The position numbers and the translations under genes are program-made. From assembly GCA_037481835.1 (NCBI GenBank), contig JBBFKW010000010.1, forward strand, positions 64,001 through 128,000: DNA of 64,000 bases. The letters are read 5' to 3'. This DNA comes from Desulfosoma sp. (GTDB lineage Bacteria > Desulfobacterota > Syntrophobacteria > Syntrophobacterales > DSM-9756). Shown piece after piece: positions 35,761-46,375 of the stretch (position 1 is the first letter of the stretch; each line of letters opens with the position of its first letter). The notes beneath the pieces are model-generated. The model did not search any database. It saw only the letters and a list, made by a program, of their open reading frames with translations, and had not been told where the DNA came from.

Positions 35761-38757
35761 GCGCGAAGCCGTCTCTACAGGACCTGGTCCATGCCTTCTT
35801 CTTCAAGCGGCTGCTCCTCCCGTTTGCCCTCGTGACCCTATGCGCCCTGGGGACCGTGGGCGCTTGGCAGATGCGCGAACTGTATCGCGACCATGCCTTC
35901 TTCGTGAAAGTCCTCGATCGCTATGTGACGTCGCTTCTTTCCAGCGCCCATAAGACTCTTCGGGAACAGGCCCTGGCCTATGAAGAGTCGGCGGCCATCG
36001 GAAAGGAATTGTCGTTTTCATCCCCCGTCGGATTTCATCGGGTCTTTGTCTTCCAAGCACCTTGGGATCAGTTTTCAGGCGGGGCGTCCATGGTCCACAC
36101 GCCTCCGGGTGTGGATATTCCACTGTCGTATTTTCCCAAGTGGGACGAATGGCCCATGCTTTCCATTCCCTATTTCAGTGGCCGGCTGAACACCCTGACT
36201 TTGGCCGTCATGGTCCGGGCCGATCATTTCGCCGCCGTGGGAGAATTGAACCTGGAGTCCCTGGAAAAGCTCATCGGAGACTTTTCACAAAGCGCTCCCG
36301 AAAACCTAGTCATCGTCCTCGACCGCTACGGCAACGTCATCTACCATCCCAACCCTCGGATCATGCGCTCTCAGGAAAACCTAAGCTATGAACCTCTCGT
36401 GAAAAGAGCGCTCACTTATTGGCAGCCTCGGGCTCTTTTCGACACCCTGGAGGGTCGGCTCGTCTTCGCTTACTGTTGGCGCGTCGCCCCGTGGGATTGG
36501 ATTCTTTTGGTGGGAAAGCCCGTCAGCCACGCCCTCATCCCGTCCCTTTTCTGGGGGGTCTTGACGGCGGCTTCCGGCTTTTTCCTGCTCTTTTTCGTGC
36601 TCATGAACTTTCGGCGGCGCCTGGGGCATCTCGTCGTCCGCCCCATCACGCTCATGACAAATGTTCTGGAAGCCGTCGCCCGCAAGAGGGACGTCCCGAA
36701 CCTGGAACCGCTGGCCAGGGAGGCCCCTTTTTCCGAGCTTGCCCTTTTTGCCCGGGAGCTGCAGCGCACGTCCCAAGCCGTCAAAGAACGGGAAGCCGCC
36801 CTCACGGCCCAAGGACGGGAAATGAACCGCATCCTGGAATCCATCGGCGACGGTGTGATTCTCGCCGACGCGCAGGGGCGGATCGTCCGCATGAACGCGG
36901 AAGCCGAACATCTCACCGGTTGGCCTCGCACTCAAGCCCAAGGCCGCCCCGTGAAGCGGGTCCTGGCCATCGCCGACGTCAAGACAGGACAACCTGTCGA
37001 AGACCTCACCCATCAGGTGCTCACCACCGGGGCCGCCCGAAAATTCCCCAGGCACGCCGTCATGAGCGCCGCGGACGGATCCACGGCCTTCGTAACCCTG
37101 AGTGCGGCCCCTGTGCGAGACGAAAACGGCACGATCCAAGGGGCCGTCGTCGTTTTTCGGGACGCCGGGGCGGAGTACGAGGCGCAACGGCTTCTCGAGG
37201 AAAGCGAACGCAAATATCGCGAGATCATGGAAAGCATGGAAGAGGCCTACATGGAACTGGCCCCCAACGGTCGGGTCACCTTTAGCAACCCGGCGTTACT
37301 GAAAATCTTGGACTGCTCCTGGGAAGAGCTTCAAACCCGGACCTATCGAGATTTTACCGATGAAGCCACCGCTGAAAGCATGCGGGCATTCTTTTCGGAG
37401 ATCTTTGCCACGGGAAGTTCCCATGGTCTGAAGGATTTCGTCATCCAAGACGCCTCGGGACGTCGCAAGGTCGTGGAAATTTCCGCGGGGGTGCGCCGGG
37501 ACGAAGAGGGCCGGCCCATCGGCTTCCGCGTCCTAGCCCGGGATATCACGGAAAAGACGGAAGCTTTGGAACGCAGTCGCACTCTCGAACGCATGCTCAC
37601 GCACACGCAGAAAATGGAATCCCTCGGCACGCTGGCCAGCGGGATCGCCCATGAATTCAACAACCTTCTCCAGGCCATGTCCGGATACTTGGAAATGGCC
37701 CTGAACAAGACCGACCCCGAGGATCCTCGAAGCCGATGGCTGACCCGGGTTCAAGAAGCGTCCTTCAAAGCACGAGACCTGGTCCGAAGACTGCTGTCCT
37801 TCGCCCGGCAAAGCGAACCCGCCCTGGAATCCATGGACTTCAACCAGGTCGTGGAAGACACTCTGGATCTCTTAAAAAAAGAGCATCCCTCGCATGATCG
37901 AAATCCGCAAGGACTTGGCGCCGGATCTTCCCGTGCTCGTCGCCGATCGTCTCCAGGTCGAACAGGTGGTCATCAACCTCACGGCCAACGCCCGAGACGC
38001 CATCGGGTCGGACAAGTCGGGCGTTATCCGCGTGCGAACGGCCTCGCACAACGACGAGCGCGGTCGGGAGTGGATCCGCCTGGAAGTGTCCGATACGGGA
38101 TCGGGGATCCCGGAAGAGATCCGCGACCGGATCTTCGATCCGTTCTTTACCACGAAGGAGCCGGGTAAAGGAACGGGCCTCGGCCTTTCCACCATCTACG
38201 GGATCGTCACCGCCCACGAGGGGCGGATCGAGTGCGAAAGCCAGGTGGGCCGAGGAACCACGTTTCGGGTGGACTTCCCGGTGAGGGCCTGGATGGAGGA
38301 GGCGGCTAAGCCCGACGAGCGGGATCACGGTTCGCGAGGGCATGAGGCCCCCGCCGGGGGAGGCGTGCTCCTCGTAGACGACGAAGAGTCCCTCCTGGAG
38401 CTTCTTCACAGCCTTCTCGAGATGGCCGGTTACACGGTGCGCACGGCACCGTCGGGGGAAGAAGCCTTGGCTTTATTGGCGCAGAGTAACGGGCGCGTCG
38501 ATGCGGTGATCCTGGACTTGAGCATGCCGGGGATGGGAGGCCGCCGTTGCCTCGAAATCCTCAAGGAAAGATACCCGGGCCTTCCGGTCATCGTGGCCAG
38601 CGGGGATGCGGCTCATGAAATCTTTCGAAACCCGGAAAAATTCGGGGCTCGAGACGTCATCCTCAAGCCGTATCGCCTCAATAACCTCCTCGAGGCCCTC
38701 CAAAAGGTCCTCACACCGTCGGCAGGCGAAGCCGGTGCGGATAAGGGTGCAGCATAA
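35757..38757 (+). pseudogene. Cache-PAS-PAS-HisKA-HATPase-REC hybrid kinase split by a one-base frameshift in an A7 run
   Basis: The 5' ORF has TM, Cache, two PAS and 'GIAHEFNN'. The 3' ORF (37894-38757) has the N-box, 'FDPFFTTK', 'GTGLGL' and a receiver. Removing one A at 37874-37880 gives ...[12 protein letters not shown]... Confidence 0.85.
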
Positions 38758-39778
38758 AATCCGCCAGGGTCAGGAGCACCATGGCTTCGCATACGGGAAC
38801 GATCCGGGGAATGGCCGAAACGTCATGGCGGCCTTCAATCCGAACGGTGGTTTCCCGACCGTCGCGGGTCACCGTTTTTTGAGGCACGGCCACAGACGGG
38901 ATGGGCTTGACGGCCACGCGGATCACCACGTCCATGCCGGTGGAAAGCCCGCCGAGGACACCGCCGGCGTTGTTGGATGCATAGCCTTCAGGCGTGACGG
39001 GATCGTTATGAAGGCTTCCCGGCATAGAGGCCGCCTGGAACCCGGAGCCGATTTCCACGCCCTTGACGGCCCCGATGGACATAAGAGCCGCCGCCAGCCT
39101 GGCGTCCAACTTGTCGAAGACGGGTTCCCCCAACCCGGCGGGGCATCCGGAGGCCATGACGAGGACGACGCCGCCCACCGAGTCCCCGGCGGCTTTGACG
39201 GCCTTGAGGTGCTCCTCCATGGCTCGAGCGGCCTCCGGGTTCGGGCAGAAAACAGGGTTTCTGAGGGCTTCGTCCCAGTCTGTGGGGTCGCAGTGCACCG
39301 GGCCTAAAGCGACGGTTCCGGCACGGACGCGGATGCCCTCCCGCGCCAAGAATTTTCGGGCCACGGCCCCGGCAGCCACCCGGGCCACCGTTTCTCGGCC
39401 GGAACTGCGCCCACCGCCGCGCCAATCGCGGATGCCGTACTTTTGCTCATAGGTGCGATCGGCATGGCCGGGTCGATAGAGATCCTTCAAGGCTTCGTAA
39501 TCGCGGCTGCGAACGTCTTTGTTTTCGATAATGAGGCTGATCGGGGTGCCGGTGGTGAGTCCCTCGAAAACGCCGGAAAGAATGCGCACCGTGTCCGGTT
39601 CCTTGCGGGCTGTGGTGAGCTTCTTTCCGGGCCGGCGCCGTTCCAGGTCGTCTTGAATGTCGGCTTCACAAAGCGGGATGCCCGGGGGGCAGCCATCGAT
39701 CACCGCGCCCAGGGCGGGGCCGTGGGATTCGCCCCAGGTCATCACCCGAAAAAGCCGCCCGAAGGTGTTGCCTGCCAT
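38711..39778 (-). CDS. aroC: Chorismate synthase
   Basis: 'MAGNTFG', 'GESHG', 'RPGHAD', 'GGGRSSGRET', 'DSVGG', 'GRHD'. Confidence 0.97.
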   Translation of the reverse strand: MAGNTFGRLFRVMTWGESHGPALGAVIDGCPPGIPLCEADIQDDLERRRPGKKLTTARKEPDTVRILSGVFEGLTTGTPISLIIENKDVRSRDYEALKDLYRPGHADRTYEQKYGIRDWRGGGRSSGRETVARVAAGAVARKFLAREGIRVRAGTVALGPVHCDPTDWDEALRNPVFCPNPEAARAMEEHLKAVKAAGDSVGGVVLVMASGCPAGLGEPVFDKLDARLAAALMSIGAVKGVEIGSGFQAASMPGSLHNDPVTPEGYASNNAGGVLGGLSTGMDVVIRVAVKPIPSVAVPQKTVTRDGRETTVRIEGRHDVSAIPRIVPVCEAMVLLTLADFMLHPYPHRLRLPTV

Positions 39779-40048
39779 GAGATTTCTCCTCCTCGGTGAC
39801 GGGATGAGCGCGCCGCCATGAAACGCATTCCATGTGGGCGTGGCCTTGTGCTTCAAGGGGCCGGTCGTCCGTTCCAACCCCTGGGTCGACCCGGGCCCTC
39901 AACGCCCCCCGTTCCCGGCCGTCCCGGAGCGCACCCGTCCACGACCGCGCTTGACTCCTCCGCTCAGGGCGTTATTTTTCAGTAGGCTTTTCAGCATAGA
40001 AAAAACATTGCGGGGTTTGAAGGAGAAAGTCGAAGAGGTCGGGGCACC

Positions 40049-40363
40049 ATGAGCGAACACAGGCCGGACATGCGGGAAATCCTCGAAAGCCAATTGGAAG
40101 AGGAGTTGCTGGAACCCCCCATGTTCAAGGTTCTCCTCCACAATGACGATTACACCACCATGGAGTTTGTGGTGGAGATTTTGGAAAAGGTTTTTCACAA
40201 GTCCACGGCCGAAGCCACGGAGATCATGCTCCACGTGCATCGCAACGGGGTGGGGGTCTGCGGCGTTTATCCCGAAGAAATTGCGGAAACCAAGGTGGAA
40301 ATGGTGCACCATTTGGCCCGCAAGAACGGCTTTCCTCTGAAGTGCACCATGGAACACGCCTAA
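40049..40363 (+). CDS. clpS: Clp protease adaptor ClpS
   Basis: '[16 protein letters not shown]', 'IMLHVH', 'AETKV', 'FPL'. Confidence 0.97.
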   Translation: MSEHRPDMREILESQLEEELLEPPMFKVLLHNDDYTTMEFVVEILEKVFHKSTAEATEIMLHVHRNGVGVCGVYPEEIAETKVEMVHHLARKNGFPLKCTMEHA

Positions 40364-40385
40364 GGCAAGGAGAAAGGTTCCCGCC

Positions 40386-42686
40386 ATGATCAGCCGGGAA
40401 TTGGAGATGGCCTTTTCGGCGGCGGTGCGGGAAGCTAAAGCGCGCCGCCACGAGTTTTTCACTCTGGAACACATCCTCTACGCCATCGTGCACGATGCGG
40501 GAGGCGCCGAGATCCTCTACCACTGCGGCGCGGACCTGGACCGGCTCAAGCAGCAACTGGAAGAGTTTTTCGAGCATCGGTTGGAACGACTGCCCAAAGC
40601 GGTGGAAAGAGACCCCATCCAGACCTTGGCGGTGCAAAGGGTGCTCCAAAGGGCCGTGATGCATGCTCAGGGCGCCGAAAAACGCCACGTGGACGTGGGC
40701 GACATCCTGGCCGCCATGTTCCACGAGGAAAACTCCCACGCCGTCTATTTCCTGAAAACCCACGGCGTGACCCGCCTGGATGTGCTGGAGTACATCTCCC
40801 ATCGCATTTCCAAGGTTTCCGGATCCGTCGATGAAGAGGGGGATCGGCCCGGCGCCGGGCTCGCCCCGCGCCCGCAGCGGCAACCCGCAAAACCGACGGC
40901 CTTGGAACGGTTTACCACGAACCTGACGGAAAGGGCGGCCCAGGGGCTCATCGACCCGCTGATCGGGCGGGAAACGGAAATCCTGCGCACCCTGCAAATC
41001 CTCGGGCGGCGCACCAAGAACAACCCCATCCTCGTCGGGGATCCCGGCGTCGGCAAGACGGCCATCGCCGAAGGTTTGGCCCTGAAGATCCATCGAAAGG
41101 AAGTGCCCGAAAGCTTCCACAAAGCGGAGATTTACGCTCTGGACATGGGCGCTCTTCTGGCCGGGACCAAGTTCCGGGGAGACTTCGAGGCGCGCCTCAA
41201 GGCCGTCATCAACGAACTCAAGAGCAAACCTGGGGCCATCCTCTTCATCGACGAAATCCACACCGTGGTGGGTGCCGGCGCCACCAGCGGCGGCTCCATG
41301 GACGCCTCCAACATCCTCAAACCCGTGTTGGCTTCCGGCATGATCCGGTGCATCGGGTCAACGACTTATGAAGAATACAAGAACCATTTCGAAAAGGATC
41401 GGGCTCTGAGCCGGCGGTTTCAGAAGATTGAAATCCATGAACCCAGCGTGGAAGAAACCTACCAAATCCTTCAGGGGCTTCGGGAGTCTTACGAAAAGCA
41501 CCACAGGGTGAAGTATACCGCCGCGGCCCTGAAAGCCGCCGCAGAACTTTCGGCACGGCACATCAACGACAGGTACCTGCCGGACAAGGCCATCGACGTC
41601 ATGGACGAAGCCGGAGCCAGCTTGCGCCTCAAGGATCACAGCCGCGCGCGGCGCGTGGTGCACGTGAAGGACATTGAAGAGGTTGTGGCCAAGATGGCCA
41701 AGATCCCGCCTCGATCGGTTTCGGCCTCCGACCAGCTAAGGCTCCAAAACTTGGAGGAGGAACTCAAAGGCAAGGTTTTCGGCCAGGACGACGCCATCAA
41801 GGCGTTGACCACGGCCATCAAGAGGTCCCGGGCGGGACTGCGCGTGCCGGATCGCCCCATCGGGTCCTTTCTTCTCATCGGCCCCACCGGCGTGGGGAAA
41901 ACCGAAGTCGCCAAGCAGCTCGCCGCCATTTTGGGGATCCATTTCCTTCGGTTCGACATGAGCGAATACATGGAAAAACACGCGGTAGCCCGACTCATCG
42001 GCGCCCCTCCCGGCTACATCGGCTTCGATCAGGGGGGGCTCCTCACCGATGCCATTCGCAAACACCCGCATTGCGTCCTGTTGATGGACGAAATCGAAAA
42101 AGCCCACCCGGATCTTTTCAGCATCCTCCTGCAGGTGATGGACTACGCCACCTTGACGGACAACAACGGCAAGAAGGCCGATTTTCGAAACGTCGTGCTC
42201 TTGATGACGTCCAACGCCGGAGCCCGGGAAATGAGCAGCAGTTCCATCGGCTTCGGCACCGCCAAGGAAAAGGACGACCGCGCAGCCAAGGGCATGAAGG
42301 CCGTGGAACAGTTGTTCAGCCCCGAGTTCCGCAACCGCCTGGACGGCATTATCCCCTTTGCCGGCTTGGATCTTTCCATCATGGAAAAGATCGTGGACAA
42401 GTTCATGGAAGAACTCAGCCGCCAGTTGGTGGAAAAGAAAATCGCCATCGAGCTTTCCGCCCAAGCCCGCCGATGGTTGGCCGAAAAAGGCTATGACCCC
42501 GCTTTCGGCGCCCGGCCCCTCGCCCGCGTGGTCCAGACGGAAATCAAAGATTTTCTGGCCGAAGAGATCCTTTTCGGCCGTTTGCAGAAAGGCGGCCGGG
42601 TCACGGTCATGCGCCCCTCGGAAGTGCCCGAGGGAGCAGATGCGCTGAGGACCGATTCCATGGCTTTCGTGTTTCAGGGGTCATGA
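40386..42686 (+). CDS. clpA: ATP-dependent Clp protease ATP-binding subunit ClpA
   Basis: Two AAA+ modules ('GDPGVGKT', 'GPTGVGKT'), IGF loop, no middle coiled-coil; follows clpS. Confidence 0.97.
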   Translation: MISRELEMAFSAAVREAKARRHEFFTLEHILYAIVHDAGGAEILYHCGADLDRLKQQLEEFFEHRLERLPKAVERDPIQTLAVQRVLQRAVMHAQGAEKRHVDVGDILAAMFHEENSHAVYFLKTHGVTRLDVLEYISHRISKVSGSVDEEGDRPGAGLAPRPQRQPAKPTALERFTTNLTERAAQGLIDPLIGRETEILRTLQILGRRTKNNPILVGDPGVGKTAIAEGLALKIHRKEVPESFHKAEIYALDMGALLAGTKFRGDFEARLKAVINELKSKPGAILFIDEIHTVVGAGATSGGSMDASNILKPVLASGMIRCIGSTTYEEYKNHFEKDRALSRRFQKIEIHEPSVEETYQILQGLRESYEKHHRVKYTAAALKAAAELSARHINDRYLPDKAIDVMDEAGASLRLKDHSRARRVVHVKDIEEVVAKMAKIPPRSVSASDQLRLQNLEEELKGKVFGQDDAIKALTTAIKRSRAGLRVPDRPIGSFLLIGPTGVGKTEVAKQLAAILGIHFLRFDMSEYMEKHAVARLIGAPPGYIGFDQGGLLTDAIRKHPHCVLLMDEIEKAHPDLFSILLQVMDYATLTDNNGKKADFRNVVLLMTSNAGAREMSSSSIGFGTAKEKDDRAAKGMKAVEQLFSPEFRNRLDGIIPFAGLDLSIMEKIVDKFMEELSRQLVEKKIAIELSAQARRWLAEKGYDPAFGARPLARVVQTEIKDFLAEEILFGRLQKGGRVTVMRPSEVPEGADALRTDSMAFVFQGS

Positions 42687-42723
42687 AAGGCGGGGGCAGA
42701 CCGATGCTCATCCAGAAGGCCCC

Positions 42724-43413
42724 ATGGCGATCTTCAGCCTGAACCAAGAACTGGCGTTTCCGCCGCCGGAATTGGCAGAACCGGACGGTCTTTTGGCCAT
42801 CGGAGGGGACCTCAGCCCCCGGAGGCTTCTGTTGGCCTACCGGCTCGGCATCTTTCCGTGGTACGCCCCGGGAACCCCCATCTTGTGGTGGTCCCCGGAC
42901 CCCCGGCTGGTGCTCTTTCCCGACGAGTTGAAAATCTCCCACAGCCTGAGGCGCGTCCTAAAGAAGGGCCGCTTTCAGGTCACGTTCGATGCGGCTTTTC
43001 GGGAGGTGATCGAGGCCTGCGCCTTGGTCCGGGTGGGCAAAGGGGAAGAAACCTGGTTGGTTCCGGAAATGATCGAAGCCTACCATCGGTTGCACCGCCT
43101 CGGGGCGGCCCACAGTGTGGAATCCTGGCTCGACGGCACACTTGTCGGGGGCCTCTACGGTGTGGCCCTGGGCCGGGTCTTTTTCGGTGAATCCATGTTC
43201 AGCCTGGTCTCGGACGCTTCCAAGGTGGCCTTGGTGCACCTTGTGGAGCGCCTCAAGGCCTTCGACTTTGCTTTCATCGACTGCCAAGTTACCACAGCCC
43301 ATCTCAAGCGCATGGGCGCCCGCGAAATCCCCCGATCGGAATTCCTGAAAAGACTTCAAGGGGCCACGCGCCGGCCCACACCCGCCTTTTGGCGTCCCGA
43401 CCCCTCGCCATAA
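42724..43413 (+). CDS. aat: Leucyl/phenylalanyl-tRNA-protein transferase
   Basis: 'GLLAIGGDL', 'GIFPW', 'WWSPDPR', 'FFGESMFS', 'DASKVA', 'IDCQ'. Confidence 0.97.
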   Translation: MAIFSLNQELAFPPPELAEPDGLLAIGGDLSPRRLLLAYRLGIFPWYAPGTPILWWSPDPRLVLFPDELKISHSLRRVLKKGRFQVTFDAAFREVIEACALVRVGKGEETWLVPEMIEAYHRLHRLGAAHSVESWLDGTLVGGLYGVALGRVFFGESMFSLVSDASKVALVHLVERLKAFDFAFIDCQVTTAHLKRMGAREIPRSEFLKRLQGATRRPTPAFWRPDPSP

Positions 43414-43452
43414 AAGGACTCGGCCACCGACCCCGCCCCTGAATCGGCCAAC

Positions 43453-43540
43453 GCACCGCCCTGCCGTCGTGAGTTGCTCGGCGCACCGCCCTGCCTTCAT
43501 GAGTCGACCGAAGCACCGCCATCCCTGGAGTGAGTTGCCG
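43453..43540. repeat. Degenerate 30-bp tandem repeat (3 copies)
   Basis: GCACCGCC...TGAGT units start at 43453, 43483 and 43513. Confidence 0.6.
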
Positions 43541-43541
43541 T

Positions 43542-43567
43542 GTTGGGGTTCGCGGCACTCAGCCCAA
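43542..43567 (-). repeat. Degenerate copy of the main REP
   Basis: GTTGGGGTTCGCGGCACTCAGCCCAA resembles the reverse-orientation REP GTTGGGGTTCGCTGCGCTCACCCCAA. Confidence 0.65.
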
Positions 43568-43667
43568 ATTCCATCCTTCAGAGAACATTTCCCTTGAATC
43601 ACCCTCATGTTGTGCTAAAAGCGAAACGCCTTAAGGCAGCATCTCACATGAAGGAGGATCCATCGGA

Positions 43668-44921
43668 ATGGCCTTGGTGGTGCAAAAATACGGCGGAACA
43701 TCCGTGGCCGACGTGGAACGCATCCGATCGGTGGCGCGGCGGGTGGTGGAACGCAAGAAGGCCGGAAACGACATGGTCGTGGTCCTTTCGGCCCGCGCCG
43801 GCGACACCGACCGATTGATCGCCTTGGCGCACGAGATGAGCCCCAATCCGGACCCACGGGAATTGGACGTGCTTCTGGCGACCGGAGAACAGGTGACCAT
43901 CGCCCTGTTCAGCATGGCCGTCAAAGACATGGGACTGGAAGCCGTCTCCATGACCGGCTATCAGGCGGGCATTATCACCGACCATCACTACGGGCATGCC
44001 CGGATCAGCTGGATCGAAACCTTGCCCATCACGGAAAAGCTCAACGAAGGAAAGATCGTGGTCGTGGCCGGCTTCCAAGGATACGACGACGAAGGCAACA
44101 TCACGACCTTGGGGCGCGGCGGATCGGACACCACGGCCGTCGCCCTCGCCGCGGCCCTCAAAGCCGACGCGTGCGAAATCTACACCGACGTGGAAGGCGT
44201 CTACACGACCGACCCCAACGTGTATTCCAAGGCTCGCAAGCTTCGACGCATCAGTTACGAAGAAATGCTGGAAATGGCGAGCATGGGCGCCAAAGTGCTC
44301 CACATCCGATCGGTGGAATTCGGCATGAAATACAACGTGCCCATATGGGTGCGCTCCTCTTTTACCGATGATCCCGGAACGCTTGTCACCCAGGAGGATG
44401 CCGATATGGAAAAGGTCGTGGTCTCAGGGATCACGTACAGCAAAAAAGAAGCTCGAGTCACCGTGACCGACGTGCCGGACGTGCCGGGGATGGCCTTCAG
44501 GTTGTTCGATCCCATCGCTCAAAACGGGATCAACGTGGACATGATCATTCAAGGAAGCAGCGCCGTGCCCGGTCGGGCCAACATCTCCTTTACCGTGCCC
44601 AAGGCCGATTACGAAAAGACCCTGGCCCTGGCGGAAAAGCTCTCCAAAGACATCGGGGCGGGCCATGTCCACGGCAACCCCAATATCGCCAAGGTGTCCG
44701 TCATCGGCGTCGGCATGCGCAGCCACACCGGGGTCGCCAGTGTGATGTTCCAGGCGCTGGCCAAGGAAAACATCAATATTCACATGATCAGCACGTCGGA
44801 GATCAAGATTTCGTGCGTCATCGACGAAAAATACACGGAACTGGCCGTTCGGGTGCTCCACGACGCCTTCGAGCTTCACAAGGACCCCCACAACGGCATT
44901 AAGATCAACGAAGAACGCTAA
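43668..44921 (+). CDS. lysC: Aspartate kinase
   Basis: 'VQKYGGTSV', 'TTLGRGGSDTT', 'YTDVEG', two ACT domains, 'STSEIKIS'. Confidence 0.96.
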   Translation: MALVVQKYGGTSVADVERIRSVARRVVERKKAGNDMVVVLSARAGDTDRLIALAHEMSPNPDPRELDVLLATGEQVTIALFSMAVKDMGLEAVSMTGYQAGIITDHHYGHARISWIETLPITEKLNEGKIVVVAGFQGYDDEGNITTLGRGGSDTTAVALAAALKADACEIYTDVEGVYTTDPNVYSKARKLRRISYEEMLEMASMGAKVLHIRSVEFGMKYNVPIWVRSSFTDDPGTLVTQEDADMEKVVVSGITYSKKEARVTVTDVPDVPGMAFRLFDPIAQNGINVDMIIQGSSAVPGRANISFTVPKADYEKTLALAEKLSKDIGAGHVHGNPNIAKVSVIGVGMRSHTGVASVMFQALAKENINIHMISTSEIKISCVIDEKYTELAVRVLHDAFELHKDPHNGIKINEER

Positions 44922-44941
44922 CCCTCGCACGGACCGAACCC

Positions 44942-45466
44942 GTGGCGGCCCGCGGCCTTGTGATAGTGTTTACCGGAAACGGCAAGGGGAAAACCACGGC
45001 CGCCCTGGGGATGGTCCTGCGCGCCGCGGGCCATGACTTGCGAGTGCTGGTGCTGCAGTTCATCAAGGGGGCGTGGAGTCCCGGAGAGGAGGCCGCAGCG
45101 CGCCTCCTCCCCACCGTGGAATGGCAAACCCTGGGCAAAGGCTTCACCTGGCGCCGCGCCGACCCGGAAGAAGACTGCAGGCTAGCCTGGCAAGGTTGGC
45201 AAAAGGCCCTGGAGGCGCTCACCTCCGGCCGCTACGACCTCATCATCCTCGATGAGCTCAACGTCGCCCTGGACCACGGCTTCCTGGAGCTGGATTCCGT
45301 CCTGCAGGGTTTGGCTCAAAGGGCCCCCCACTGTCACGTGGTCATCACCGGCCGAAACGCTCCCGCGGCGCTTTGCGCCGCAGCCGATTGCGTCACAGAA
45401 ATGGTCGCCGTAAAGCACCACTATAGGGACCAGGGCATAAAGGCTCAGCGGGGCGTGGAATTCTAA
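44942..45466 (+). CDS. cobO: Cob(I)yrinic acid a,c-diamide adenosyltransferase
   Basis: 'TGNGKGKTTAALG', 'QFIKG', 'ILDELN', 'VITGR', 'GVEF'. Confidence 0.94.
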   Translation: MAARGLVIVFTGNGKGKTTAALGMVLRAAGHDLRVLVLQFIKGAWSPGEEAAARLLPTVEWQTLGKGFTWRRADPEEDCRLAWQGWQKALEALTSGRYDLIILDELNVALDHGFLELDSVLQGLAQRAPHCHVVITGRNAPAALCAAADCVTEMVAVKHHYRDQGIKAQRGVEF

Positions 45467-45471
45467 CTGAT

Positions 45472-46275
45472 TCAAGCCAGCCTCAAAATCTCCCCCGACT
45501 CCGGAACCACCACCTCCACATCGCGGCATGCTCCGACAATCTGCTCAATGTCCCGCCATTGGGTTCGGCGCACATCTCTTTGGATGTGCACGAGAGCCAG
45601 CCGCCGCACGCCGGCAGCCCCGGCCCATCGAAGGCAGCCCTGGACCGTGCCGTGACCGTGGATGCCGTCGTTCCCGTTGACCGCAAAGGCTTCGTGAACG
45701 GCGCACTCACAGCCTCGGGCCAGGTTTTCCGTTTCGGCCGTCGGGCGCCCGTCCCCACTGTAAAAAAGGCTCCACGAAGGCCCATCGATGCGCACACTGA
45801 GGTTTTTCTGGCCGTGCTCCGTCTGGGCCGCCCGCCAGAGGGTTCCGCGGACTTCTTTGGCATCCCCGGCATCCAGCACCACCTCCTCCAAAGGAAAGGT
45901 GAGTTTGCCGGCAAAGCCGGGATAGGCCAGGTCCAGAGCACGAAGAACGGTATCCATCCCGCCGGGCTGGGAGACGATGATCAGGGGTTTGAGCCTTTTC
46001 ATTTCCCAGAAACGCAGGAGCAACAGAGGGACCCCGAAGAAATGATCCCCATGGAAATGGGACACCCACAGCACGTCAAGCGCGTCGGGATCCGCGCAGG
46101 CTTGAAAATACCGATGCGTCGCCGAAAACCCGCAATCCAAAAGGATCTGGATCGGTGCAGCATCGCCGCCTTCATCCCCCTCGATCAAGAGACTCGTATT
46201 GGGCTGGGTTTCGTCACAGGCTTCCCCCACACCGAGAAACCGCACGGTTGTCGATCTTTTCCGCTCGCTTTCCAT
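45472..46275 (-). CDS. MBL-fold metallohydrolase, RNase Z/BN-like
   Basis: 'FLGVGEA', 'LDCG', 'SHFHGDH', 'YSGDG', 'HEA', 'LVH'. Confidence 0.85.
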   Translation of the reverse strand: MESERKRSTTVRFLGVGEACDETQPNTSLLIEGDEGGDAAPIQILLDCGFSATHRYFQACADPDALDVLWVSHFHGDHFFGVPLLLLRFWEMKRLKPLIIVSQPGGMDTVLRALDLAYPGFAGKLTFPLEEVVLDAGDAKEVRGTLWRAAQTEHGQKNLSVRIDGPSWSLFYSGDGRPTAETENLARGCECAVHEAFAVNGNDGIHGHGTVQGCLRWAGAAGVRRLALVHIQRDVRRTQWRDIEQIVGACRDVEVVVPESGEILRLA

Positions 46276-46375
46276 GAACCGCCACCTCCTGTCTTGACCA
46301 ACCTTTCCCTCGCTCTGTATGATGCGCCGACGTTTTGAGGTCAATGCAAAAGCTACCCGAGAGAGGACAGACACC

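Noticed and set aside
43414..43667. Lysine riboswitch upstream of lysC
   Set aside because: No recognisable L-box core; the region is explained by tandem repeats, a decayed REP and a probable promoter.
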